A stretch of DNA of 64,000 nt, taken from Candidatus Latescibacterota bacterium (GTDB taxonomy: Bacteria > Latescibacterota > UBA2968 > UBA8231). The notes under the pieces are model-generated. The model searched no databases. It had not been told where the DNA came from and saw only the letters and a program-made list of their open reading frames with translations. Shown here one piece after another: positions 28,885 to 38,124 of the stretch. The stretch lies in NCBI GenBank assembly GCA_965261395.1, contig OZ253462.1, positions 2,176,001 to 2,240,000 of the forward strand. Reading direction: 5' to 3'. How positions within the stretch are numbered: the first letter of the stretch is position 1; each line of letters begins with the position of its first letter. Made by a program: the position numbers and the translations under genes.

Positions 28885-30060
28885 GGCTTTGGTGCATGGA
28901 TCGGTATTTTTGGGTTTCTCGGTTGAATAAAGACAGGCTCCTCAGTAGATTGGGCATGACTTTTTTGCGAAAAGACTCTATGCCTTCTCTTCCAAGGAAC
29001 CTGTCCTGTCCAACGTATCGTCTGCTCCGTCTTCGGTCAAGCCCCGTCGCCGTCGCTCGAAGGTTGTGTATCGGGTGCGTAATTGGCCTGATTATGATGC
29101 GGGGCTTACCCAGCGCGGTAGCCTGACGGTGTGGTTTTCCCCCCAAGCGGTCGAAGCGTGGTATTATCAAGGGCCGCGCCAACGGGGGGCGCAATATACC
29201 TTTTCGGACGTAGCCATCCACACGGCGTTGACGTTGCGGCTTATGTATCACTTGCCGCTACGCCAAACCGAGGGGTTTGTCGCTTCCATTGTAGCCTTGA
29301 TGGGCTTGGCTATACGGGTGCCGGATCATACGACCCTCTCGCGGCGTCAGGCTGACTTGACAGTAGCGTTGCCTACCCAGCCCACGGATCAACCCCGGCA
29401 TTGGGTCGTTGATTCGACGGGGTTGAAGGGGTATGGCGAAGGCGAGTGGAAGGTGCGTCAGCACGGCTGGGGCAAGCGGCGCACCTGGCGCAAATTGCAC
29501 CTTGGGGTCGACGAAGCCACCGGCGAGATCGTCGCCCAGACGTTGACGGCCAATCGCCCAGATGATGCCGGGCAGGTCGAGCCGTTGCTGGAGCAAGTCG
29601 CGGCCCCCATCGCGGCGGTGGGCGGGGATGGAGCCTATGATAAACGCAAGGTGTTTGAGGCGTTGGCTGCGCCGGACCGAGGGCCGCCGATCCGGCCGAT
29701 CATTCCGCCGCGCAAAGACGCCAAAATCCAGCAACATGGCAACTGCAACGCGGAGCCGTTGCCCCGCGATGAGACGATCCGAACCATCCGTAGCCGGGGC
29801 CGTCGAACCTGGAAAAAAACCAGTGGCTATCATCGCCGATCCCTCGTCGAAACCCAGATCGGCCGCTACAAACAGAGCCTCGGCGACACCTTGCACGCCC
29901 GAACCCTATCCCACCAACAAACCGAAACACGAGTGGGATGTGCCATACTCAACCGGCTATTGCATTTGGCTAAGCCCGAGTCCTATCCGATAACCAAGGA
30001 AGTCTAAAACACACCAGACAAGGGGCAACACGGCCCCGACAGTTTTCATGCACCAAAGCC
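28885..30060 (+). mobile_element. IS5-family insertion sequence (IS903 group)
   Basis: Terminal inverted repeats GGCTTTGGTGCATGGA / TTCATGCACCAAAGCC (15/16); encloses a DDE transposase; no target-site duplication. Confidence 0.92.
29066..30007 (+). CDS. IS5/IS903-group DDE transposase
   Basis: YRVRNW..Y...L.QRGSLTVW, PDHTTLSRR, VDSTGLK, WRKLHLGVD, DGAYD, YHRRSLVET. Confidence 0.95.
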   Translation: MYRVRNWPDYDAGLTQRGSLTVWFSPQAVEAWYYQGPRQRGAQYTFSDVAIHTALTLRLMYHLPLRQTEGFVASIVALMGLAIRVPDHTTLSRRQADLTVALPTQPTDQPRHWVVDSTGLKGYGEGEWKVRQHGWGKRRTWRKLHLGVDEATGEIVAQTLTANRPDDAGQVEPLLEQVAAPIAAVGGDGAYDKRKVFEALAAPDRGPPIRPIIPPRKDAKIQQHGNCNAEPLPRDETIRTIRSRGRRTWKKTSGYHRRSLVETQIGRYKQSLGDTLHARTLSHQQTETRVGCAILNRLLHLAKPESYPITKEV

Positions 30061-30849
30061 TGCCCCAAATACTACATCAATCCCCGATCCTATAGCTTTT
30101 ACAGGAATTATCTGAGTTTGCCAGCACATCCCAGATATTCCCCGTGTATTATTGGTAATAGCTCCTATCACCCCTGCGACTTGCGTTCCATGGTTTGCCC
30201 AGACACTACTCAAGTCGTCCATGGGATCTGAATCACCGTTCCCAAAATCCCATCCCGCTATTACTCTTGTTCTATTCCCGGGATCGAGGTCTTGATGGTT
30301 ATAATCGACTCCTCCATCAATTACGGCTACTTTTATATCACCCCCGGTGCTTAAAGACCATGCACTAGGTGCCTTGATTGGCGTAAATCCTCTTTGCTTC
30401 GACCAAAGGAGGTCATTAGGGGACACTTGCATCGGATGAACGGCCCAATTCAGATCGACATAATCAATGCTATGAACTTTCTTCAATGAATCAACAAGAG
30501 CATTGAGATCAGTCTCTGCGCCTACTTTGATCTCAAAATAACGTGAAAGATCGATTAGTCTCACTCGACGACCCTTTGGGGTAGTCCTTAATGTGTCTCC
30601 CGGCAGAAAATTGGGAAAAATACGAGTCCCTTCTTCAAAGCCAGCATTTTGAAGCAAACTCCTGATTTTTGTAGAACTGATATGGATCAGTTCTAAGTTT
30701 CCTGCCAGTAATTGAAGATCCTCTTTACCAAACTTAATTAGGATTGTCCTTGGTTCATAGTCTGGAGTTTCCTGCGCACCCAAGCTACTGAACCAAATTA
30801 TAGACAAAATGGTCCAAATATACATTGAGAGTAAGGTATTCAGTTTCAT
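30061..30849 (-). pseudogene. Secreted subtilisin-like S8 peptidase truncated by the IS
   Basis: Signal peptide, prodomain, VAVIDGG (Asp), NHGT (His); catalytic Ser region missing; frame runs into the IS end; low GC. Confidence 0.88.
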
Positions 30850-31085
30850 CTTCTCATCTCCTAAGTGGTTAGTTAAGTGCGTTTCTCGATTATTTTTTCG
30901 AAAACGCTTTTACGATTTACGAGCAAATCCATCAATTGGTCAGAATGGCCAAACTGTCAACTTTGCACACTAAGGCCTAGTACCTAGTCCCACATCCAGC
31001 GTAAGACGCGAAGGTTGTGAGTAACGAACGATGCCATTTTGTATGGCCTCCTTTCCCGTATCGACATCGATTTTGATGAAATACA

Positions 31086-31101
31086 AGCACATTCCATGCC
31101 A
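31086..31101 (-). promoter_or_regulatory. sigma54 -24/-12 promoter (copy A)
   Basis: TGGCATGGAATGTGCT, correct GG-N10-GC spacing. Confidence 0.75.
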
Positions 31102-31221
31102 GCTATCATACTTCGCACAAAAAAATCCTCCAGGAAGGCCCTGAAGGACTGAAAAACATGGAATAAAAAAATGAAATGTATGTTCTACACTTTGTTATCC
31201 CATCTGTCGTTATCCATCATT

Positions 31222-31280
31222 TGCACAACTTTTTGTTCATTTTGCACAATTTTTTGTTCACTTGCACAATTTTTTGTTCA
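31222..31280. promoter_or_regulatory. Three tandem palindromic enhancer (UAS) sites
   Basis: TGCACAA-N4-TTGTTCA at 31222, 31243 and 31263; 120-180 bp upstream of the sigma54 box. Confidence 0.7.
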
Positions 31281-31409
31281 TCGGAATAACGCTATACACA
31301 CAACGACTTCTTCGGTCGCTGCAACTGCTGGCATCTGGAAAGATCATACTGAAATTGCGGACAGGTATTCGCGTTTATCTCCTGAATTACAGAGCGCATT
31401 GGAACCCCT

Positions 31410-31790
31410 CATTTCAACACCGATCCCTCCTCTTCCACCCGCCATATATGTGCGCAAATTCCTTGGACCCATCGTCGTTCCACACCGCAAAGAACAAGCC
31501 CCAGATGGTCCCGTCGGCAAAGCTGGTCAACGCGTTGATCAGTGGTATGCTAGCCGTGTAGAGTACATGTTTTCTTGTAGACGCAGTTTACCCAAATGCC
31601 TGGGGATTTCTGCTGGACCGCGTACGCCAAGCGCACAATGACCGCTTCGTCCATCTCCACTCCGAGGCCCGGGCTCTAGCACGAGTGAACAGCCTCGACG
31701 ATCTCAATGCGCTGCCGAGCCGCATCCTCCTCGTACTAGTCGTCGAGTTTGATCGAGTGGGGGCTGTGGGCAGCACGGCCGCTGAAAGGA
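31410..31790 (-). pseudogene. Decayed C-terminal remnant of an enolase-superfamily (MR/MLE) gene
   Basis: Manual translation with stops and frameshifts: IKLDD*YEED..RIEIVE..SPGLGVEMDE...WNDDGSKEF. Confidence 0.45.
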
Positions 31791-31794
31791 TAAG

Positions 31795-32601
31795 TCAATG
31801 CGAAGATTCGTAAAGAAGACGAGTCCACTTGACTGAGATCGATCTAATTTTATGGGACTCAGGGCCAAGATAGCTGACAGGACGAGCTGCTACGTTTCCG
31901 ACATACCTATACCTTATATTGATAGATAGCTCAGAATTTCTCCATTTTTTCACTGAAAATGAACCTTGTAAATGCACACCCAATTCATTGGTTCGAAACC
32001 ACTCCTTGCGACTATCCCATTTGTCTTTTGTTATTGAATGGTCTATTCCTATGCCCATCCAAACATGTAATTGCTTCAACCGTACTATACGACTTTTTAG
32101 TCTAATGAAACTAACATACATTCCGGTCTCACTTATTGTGTCTGGGCCTCCGTGTGAGAAGACGTCTATCTTCTGAGTTGGAGTTCTATTAAAAATTTTC
32201 TCCCGGCCTAATTCGATAGCAAAGGGATCTCTTCCAATCTCAAGAGACCACCCGCCTATAGGACCGTAACCGTAACTATAGATATAGTCTCCTCTATTAG
32301 CGGCGCTCAGAGTTGAGGCTCCACTTTCTATGCTAACGCCTATAAACACTCGGCGCTTCTTCCCTTGGCTGTGGTCTATCGCCTCGGTATTGTCTACCCT
32401 TTCTGCCACTGCCTCAATTCCCTTATCGCCCGGTGTACTATCCTGGTGCGCCAATCCTGGGGAAGACGATTCTGCTTTACTAGCAGCCATCATCCCAGTC
32501 TGTGTCATCTCGGCGTCTTCATGAGCCGTATCTGTGTGTGCATGGTTTACCATGGAGAGAAGCAAAATCACCGTAGCAAGAAAATCAAAGACGAGGCGCA
32601 T
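31795..32601 (-). CDS. Low-GC exported protein, probable small outer-membrane beta-barrel
   Basis: GAAGGAG RBS; signal peptide MRLVFDFLATVILLLSMVNHA; amphipathic beta-strand pattern. Confidence 0.6.
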   Translation of the reverse strand: MRLVFDFLATVILLLSMVNHAHTDTAHEDAEMTQTGMMAASKAESSSPGLAHQDSTPGDKGIEAVAERVDNTEAIDHSQGKKRRVFIGVSIESGASTLSAANRGDYIYSYGYGPIGGWSLEIGRDPFAIELGREKIFNRTPTQKIDVFSHGGPDTISETGMYVSFIRLKSRIVRLKQLHVWMGIGIDHSITKDKWDSRKEWFRTNELGVHLQGSFSVKKWRNSELSINIRYRYVGNVAARPVSYLGPESHKIRSISVKWTRLLYESSH

Positions 32602-32694
32602 AACTCTATCTCCTTCTGATAGCATGGCGTGATAGATCGGGACGATGCGGTCCCGTGTCTTTCTAGTATCACCGATTTTCTCCATAATATCAAA

Positions 32695-33010
32695 TCAACT
32701 TTGCACACTAAGACTTAGTGCCCAGCCCTACATCCAGTGTACGGCGCGAAGATTGTGAGCAACGAATCATGCCATCGAGTGCGGCCTCCTTTCCCGTATC
32801 GCCTTCGACTTCGCTGATATATATACATTCCACGCCAACGATCACACTTCGCACAAAAAAGTCCTTCAGGAAGATCCTGAAGGACTAAAAAAATAGAAGA
32901 AAAAAATGAGATGTATGTTCTACACTTTGTTATCCCATTCGTCGTTACCCGTTATTTGCACAATTTTTTGTTCACCGGTATAACGTTGCATTTACGACTA
33001 TGGCTTGGGC
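32695..33010 (-). repeat. sigma54 regulatory module copy B
   Basis: Similar to copy A; promoter TGGCGTGGAATGTATA (32822-32837) has lost the -12 GC; one UAS at 32957-32974. Confidence 0.9.
32855..32885 (-). terminator. Intrinsic terminator between the UAS and the sigma54 promoter
   Basis: Perfect 10-bp stem GTCCTTCAGG-AAGAT-CCTGAAGGAC followed by T6 on the minus strand; degenerate versions in copies A and C. Confidence 0.7.
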
Positions 33011-34104
33011 CGTTGTATCCCATACTTGCCCATCCGATAGCGCAACGTCTGCGCGCTCATACCCAACAAGCGCGCCGCACCCCGATCCCCTGAGACCATC
33101 CCATTCGTCTTCTCAAGCGCCGCAACCATGCGCTGCCTCTCATCCGCTCCCTTAGCCCTCGGCCGCTTCTCCTCTTGGCCCTCAGCTCCCGGTGCAACCG
33201 GCAAAGCCGACGCCGAAGACGACAACGCCAGCCCCACCTCTAACACCTCCGCCATCTCAATGCACTCCCCTTCGCACACAATCACCGCCCGCTGTATCCA
33301 GTGTGCCAACTCCCGCACATTCCCCGGCCAAGCATACCCCTGCAAATGTGCCAGTACCTCGTCGCTCAAACTCGGCTCCGGACGCTGCAACTTCTGAGCA
33401 TGCTGACGCAAAAAATGCGCCGCCAAAAGCGGTATATCCTCCCGTCGATCCCGCAGCGGCGGCACCACCAACGGAAACACATTCAAACGATAGTACAGAT
33501 CCTCCCGGAACGTCCCTTCCCGGACCGCCCGTTGCAAATCGCGGTTAGTCGCCGCAATGATTCGCACATCCACCGGGATCGACGCCTTGCCGCCGAGGCG
33601 CGTCAGACGATCCTCCTCCAAGATATGCAGCAACACCCGCTGCACTTCCAACGGCAAGTCGCCGATCTCATCGAGGAACAGCGTGCCCCCATGCGCCTGT
33701 TCAAAAAAGCCGCTGCGCCGCCCCACCGCGCCGGTGAAGGCACCCCTCTCGTGGCCGAACAGTTCGCTTTCGATCAGCCCAAGAGGTAGCGCACCACAAT
33801 TGACGGCGATGAAGGCTTGCGCGCGACGTGCGCTCTTGTGGTGGAGGGTCTGGGCGAGCACGCCCTTACCCACGCCGGTCTCGCCCAACACCAACACCCT
33901 CGTATTCGCCTTGGCCACCTGCTTCACTTGTTCCAAAAGCCGGGCAATGACCGGACTGTGGCTTAATACCTCCGAAGTTTGTTGCTTGTTTTTCTTATCA
34001 GCAGCCACCCCAACCGCCAAGCTAGTCCCTTCCCCCTCGGGTTGCCACACCCAATGCACCATTCGGCCTAGGCGTCCGTGGACAGCCCGGCCAGCATCGC
34101 CCAA
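32998..34104 (-). CDS. sigma54-dependent transcriptional activator (AAA+ and HTH), N-terminal sensor missing
   Basis: GETGVGK, ESELFGHERGAFTGA, FLDEIG, FREDLYYRL, WPGNVREL, AARLLG; start uncertain. Confidence 0.9.
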   Translation of the reverse strand: MGDAGRAVHGRLGRMVHWVWQPEGEGTSLAVGVAADKKNKQQTSEVLSHSPVIARLLEQVKQVAKANTRVLVLGETGVGKGVLAQTLHHKSARRAQAFIAVNCGALPLGLIESELFGHERGAFTGAVGRRSGFFEQAHGGTLFLDEIGDLPLEVQRVLLHILEEDRLTRLGGKASIPVDVRIIAATNRDLQRAVREGTFREDLYYRLNVFPLVVPPLRDRREDIPLLAAHFLRQHAQKLQRPEPSLSDEVLAHLQGYAWPGNVRELAHWIQRAVIVCEGECIEMAEVLEVGLALSSSASALPVAPGAEGQEEKRPRAKGADERQRMVAALEKTNGMVSGDRGAARLLGMSAQTLRYRMGKYGIQRPKP

Positions 34105-34161
34105 TCAAGAGGGTGCCCACCCACCGCAGGATGGGCATCAGAGCAATCAGAGTCATACCCA

Positions 34162-35436
34162 TCATGGTCGTCTCCTTATTGAATGGGGCTCATCCGGCCT
34201 GGACGAGGATTCGATGGCCGTAGGCAGCTCAGATCGAGGCCACCGGTACAGCCCCTCGTAGGAGGGGATCCACAGATCACCCCGGCTATCGACGACCGGC
34301 GCACCCATGGCGCGGAACTCCTCATACGGGAACCCAATCCAAACGGCTCCCTCCAACACGCCCAAAGAGCGATCCTCTACCCCTGCATCCTCCGCCACCC
34401 CACAAAACTCATCCCAGCCCACCTCATCGCCCGTGCCAACCCGGTCGTAGCGCTTCCAAATCGCACCCTCCTTGACATACAACCCTTCCCCACAATCCAC
34501 CCACACCCGCCCCTCCCGATCCGCCAAGAGCATCCGGACGGCCAGCCGATACCACGTCCACTGCCGCCCATCAAAGGTCAGCAGCCGCGTCCAAGTCTTT
34601 TCTAGACCCCCCACCTCATCCAAGACTTGCCAAAAATGAGCAAGCGCCCACAGCGTGCCGGAGCGATCCACCGCGAGCTCGGTAACATACAAGTGGTCGA
34701 AGCGATCCTCGCGCTCGTCGATCCCTATATCAGCGAGGTCGTAGGTCCACCAATCCTGCCCGTCAAAGCGAGCCAACAGGTACCCGCCACCACTGCCGGT
34801 ACACCACACCTCCCCGTTGGGAGCCACCGCGTGGCGATACCCTCGCTCCTCAAACTGGTAGCGAGTCCAGCGCCGACCGTCGAACCGCGAAAGCCCGTTC
34901 AAACTCCCCGCCCACACCCGACCCGGCCCATCCACCGCCACCGAGCAGATCAGATCGTCGGCTAGGCCCTCCGCCTCGGTGAAGGTCGTCCAGCGCTGGC
35001 CATCAAAGCGGCTCAGACCCGCATCCGTCGCCACCCACACGTTGCCCGACCCGTCCGCCGCCACGTCCCAAATCTTGCCGGCATAGCTCGTCGCCGCGTG
35101 CCCGCCGGCCTCTGCACGAACCTCCACCTCCACCTCCGGCAGCCAAATGCCCATGCCCGTGCCGGTCACCGTCGAGCCCGGGGCCTCCACCGGCCTAGGC
35201 CGCCCCACCTCCACCACCATCGGCGTCCCGAGCGTGCGCGGCTGCGGGCCGTCCGGCGTGTACAGGGTCACCGGCCGGGTTCCGCGCCCGGCCAGCTCCG
35301 CAGGCCACGGCAACACCATCACCGGCCAGCCGCTCGACAGCCGCACGAGCTTGGGGTGCAACCGAACCGGATCTGCGGCATGGCGTACCCCGATCATGCG
35401 ATCGGCGTCCAATGGTTGCTCCATGAGTGACGTCAT
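34162..35436 (-). CDS. Reg_prop-type beta-propeller protein, probably decayed/truncated
   Basis: AGGAGG + ATG 35436; repeats D..GNVWVAT..GLSRFDG..W; ends PTAIE. Confidence 0.65.
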   Translation of the reverse strand: MTSLMEQPLDADRMIGVRHAADPVRLHPKLVRLSSGWPVMVLPWPAELAGRGTRPVTLYTPDGPQPRTLGTPMVVEVGRPRPVEAPGSTVTGTGMGIWLPEVEVEVRAEAGGHAATSYAGKIWDVAADGSGNVWVATDAGLSRFDGQRWTTFTEAEGLADDLICSVAVDGPGRVWAGSLNGLSRFDGRRWTRYQFEERGYRHAVAPNGEVWCTGSGGGYLLARFDGQDWWTYDLADIGIDEREDRFDHLYVTELAVDRSGTLWALAHFWQVLDEVGGLEKTWTRLLTFDGRQWTWYRLAVRMLLADREGRVWVDCGEGLYVKEGAIWKRYDRVGTGDEVGWDEFCGVAEDAGVEDRSLGVLEGAVWIGFPYEEFRAMGAPVVDSRGDLWIPSYEGLYRWPRSELPTAIESSSRPDEPHSIRRRP

Positions 35437-35489
35437 ATAGTGCGGCCTCCTTGTCCGCATCGGCTTCCACTGCGCTGGCATGACCTATA

Positions 35490-35505
35490 TGCACATTCCG
35501 TGCCA
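35490..35505 (-). promoter_or_regulatory. sigma54 -24/-12 promoter (copy C)
   Basis: TGGCACGGAATGTGCA. Confidence 0.8.
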
Positions 35506-35628
35506 ACGAGCAGACCGCGCACAAAAAAATCCTTCAAGAAGGCCCTAAAGGATTGAAAAACATGAACTTTAGAAATATAGGAGGGATAGGTTCTACGCTT
35601 CGCCGCTCAGCCCTTGTTGCTCATCACT

Positions 35629-35667
35629 TGAACAACTTTTTGTTCATATTGAACAACTTTTTGTTCA
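35629..35667. promoter_or_regulatory. Two palindromic UAS sites, 21-bp period
   Basis: TGAACAA-CTTT-TTGTTCA twice, perfect 7-bp arms. Confidence 0.75.
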
Positions 35668-35705
35668 TCGGGCCAGACTCTTGGCTACCGTGATAACGTT
35701 TGTAT

Positions 35706-37954
35706 TTACGACGACGACTTCGGCCGTTGTATCTCATACTTGCGCATCCGATACCGCAGCGTCTGCGCACTCATGCCCAACAAGCGCGCCGCACCTCGAT
35801 TCCCTGAAACCACCCAATTCGTCTTCTCAAGCGCCGCGATAATCTGCTGCTGCTCATCCTCGCCCTCAGCCCCCTGTTCAACCGGCGACGCAGATGCGGG
35901 CAGCGACAAAGCCAGCTCCGCCGCTCCCGCCGACAGCACATCTATCACCTTAATTCGCTCCCCCTCGCACACAATCACCGCTCGCTGCATCCGATGTGCC
36001 AATTCCCGCACATTCCCCGGCCAAGAGTGCGCCTGCAAATATTCCATAACCCCATCACCCAACGTCGGCACCGGGCGCTGGAACCGTAGGGCATAATGAC
36101 GCACAAAATGCGCCGCCAACATCGGAAGCACTGGAGTATCCGTCTCGGCCACCTGCTCCACCTTTTTCAAGACCCGGGTCACGACCGGATTTTGGCTGAG
36201 TAAACTTGAAATCCGTTGCTCGTCTGGGTCATCGGCGACCACCTGTACCTCCAAGCTAGCCACCTCCGACTCCAACTCATCCTGATCTTGGGTCCGCACC
36301 TCAAAGCGATATTCACCGACCGGCACGCCTCGGTACGACACCTTATCGTCAGGCGTGAGTTCACTCCATTGGGCCGCCGGATCATAGCCGACCAGCTGAT
36401 GACTGTAGCGCATCGGCGTCGCCCCGATTCCGAAACGGATGCCCTGGAAATGAATCGCGATCTCGGCCGTGCTCTCTGGATAGGACACGGCTTGGGACGA
36501 CTCCACAAGACGCCCCTCCACAACCTGACGGATCACAATAGCTGGAGGTGTACCGCGGGGCTGATACGCGACCAGCCCGGACTTCGTCCCAAACCACAGC
36601 CGACCTTGGCTATCGCACAGGATCGCCTCAACCGTATTGATAGGCACGAATTTACCCCGAAGGATGTGGCAGAAGGTTTGGCCATCGTAGTTCAAGATGT
36701 CCCCGCCGTTGGTCCCAATCCACAGCCGCCTCTGCCGGTCCGCCGCTAACGCCAGAATGCCATTGGCCGAAAGCCCACCTTGGTCCCCCGTAAACTGACG
36801 CACCTGCTTGGAGCGGTAGTCCACGGCAAAAAGGCCGTGAGCCGTCCCCACCCACAGCGTACCCTCATGCTCGCACAAGGCGTTCACATAAGAAACCGCT
36901 TCTAACCCGGCTATATCCAACGCCCGGAAATGGCCATCCTTATAAGAATACAACGCTGGCCTTTTTCCATGCGTACCGAACCAGAACACGCCCTCTTCAT
37001 CCTGTAGCAGGACGCGACAAGGATGGGACAACCGCCCCTCAAACGGGATGAAGCGATCTTCTTTGATCCAGCCAAAGCGTCCCTCGGACGTGCAGACGCT
37101 CATGCCCCCTACCCGATCTGGGCACAGCCCCGTGATTTCTTCGTGGCCGCCCTCGGCCACTTGGATCACTTGGGTTTCTTTACCCGTCCCCTTGCAGACC
37201 TGTCCGCTGGGACCACCTCTCCAGATGGCCCCCTTTAGATCCACCACCAGCGCCGAGACCGCCCGACCCTTCTCCACCGGGCGGAGCCGGTCGTCCGCCA
37301 AGCAGGCCAAGCCCCCCGCCGTGCCAATCCAGATCCGGCCTTCCCGGTCTTCTTCTAGACACCGGATCTCGCAGTTGAGAAGGCCATCGGCTTCCGTGTA
37401 GCGCTGGACGCGGACCGGATCGCAAAAAACCAGCCCGCCACCCCAAAGCCCCAACCAGATGTTCCCTTCGCAGTCCTCGTAGGTCAGGCGCGTATCCGCA
37501 AAGGGAAACCCCGGCAAGCCGACCGAGAACGAACGCCAGTCCTGCCCATCGTACACCAGCACCCCCCGGCGAGCTATCCACAGCCAGCCCCGTTGCCGGT
37601 CAGAACCCGCATCGCGCCGTCTGACTGCGGTTGCAAGCCCAAGATGTCGTTGCAGGGCAGGCCGTCTTCGATGGTATATACCTGAAAACTCCGTCCGTCG
37701 TAGGCGGCCAGTCCACCGCCGAGCGTCCCAAAGAGCAACCGCCCATCCGCGTCCTCGGCGATGGCCATTACCGTCCGGTGGGGCAGTCCTTCCGCCAGAC
37801 CAAAGGTATCGAAATGCGTCCCATCGAACCGGCTGACCCCACCATCGGCGGTGGCGATCCAGAGTAGCCCCCAGCGATCTTGGTAGATTGCTTCCACCTG
37901 CATCCCGGCCAGCCCATCATCAACGGTGTACCCATGCCACGAGGCGCGGACTCA
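35706..37954 (-). pseudogene. Beta-propeller + Y_Y_Y + sigma54 activator fusion, frameshifted, AAA+ core deleted
   Basis: ORFs 37574-37903 and 35706-37562; VEQVAETDTPVL joins directly to PMLAAHF...WPGNVREL...HTH; no Walker A or GAFTGA. Confidence 0.85.
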
Positions 37955-38124
37955 CGCTACGTCCCTCCAGATTATCGATCACTAGCAATGCGCAATGCGA
38001 TGGCGACGCCTACGATTAGATAGCACATTTGTCAGTTCATCTCAGTGCTCGGCTCAGGTGCGGTTTGGTTTATTTTTGCTTATTTATACAAAACGCCACT
38101 CCGACCCAAAACGCGAGGTAAGAC

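Larger units (their letters stand above)
30957..31330 (-). repeat. sigma54 regulatory module copy A
   Basis: Colinear similarity to 32695-33010 and 35489-35730. Confidence 0.9.

Noticed and set aside
31222-31280. Short repeated palindromes (also 35629-35667) as a mini-CRISPR or iterons
   Set aside because: Units are separated by only 2-3 bp, so there are no spacers; no cas or rep gene; position fits bEBP enhancer sites.
31171-31641. 156-aa plus-strand ORF
   Set aside because: Reads through the UAS repeats and the antisense of a decayed gene; no coding signature.
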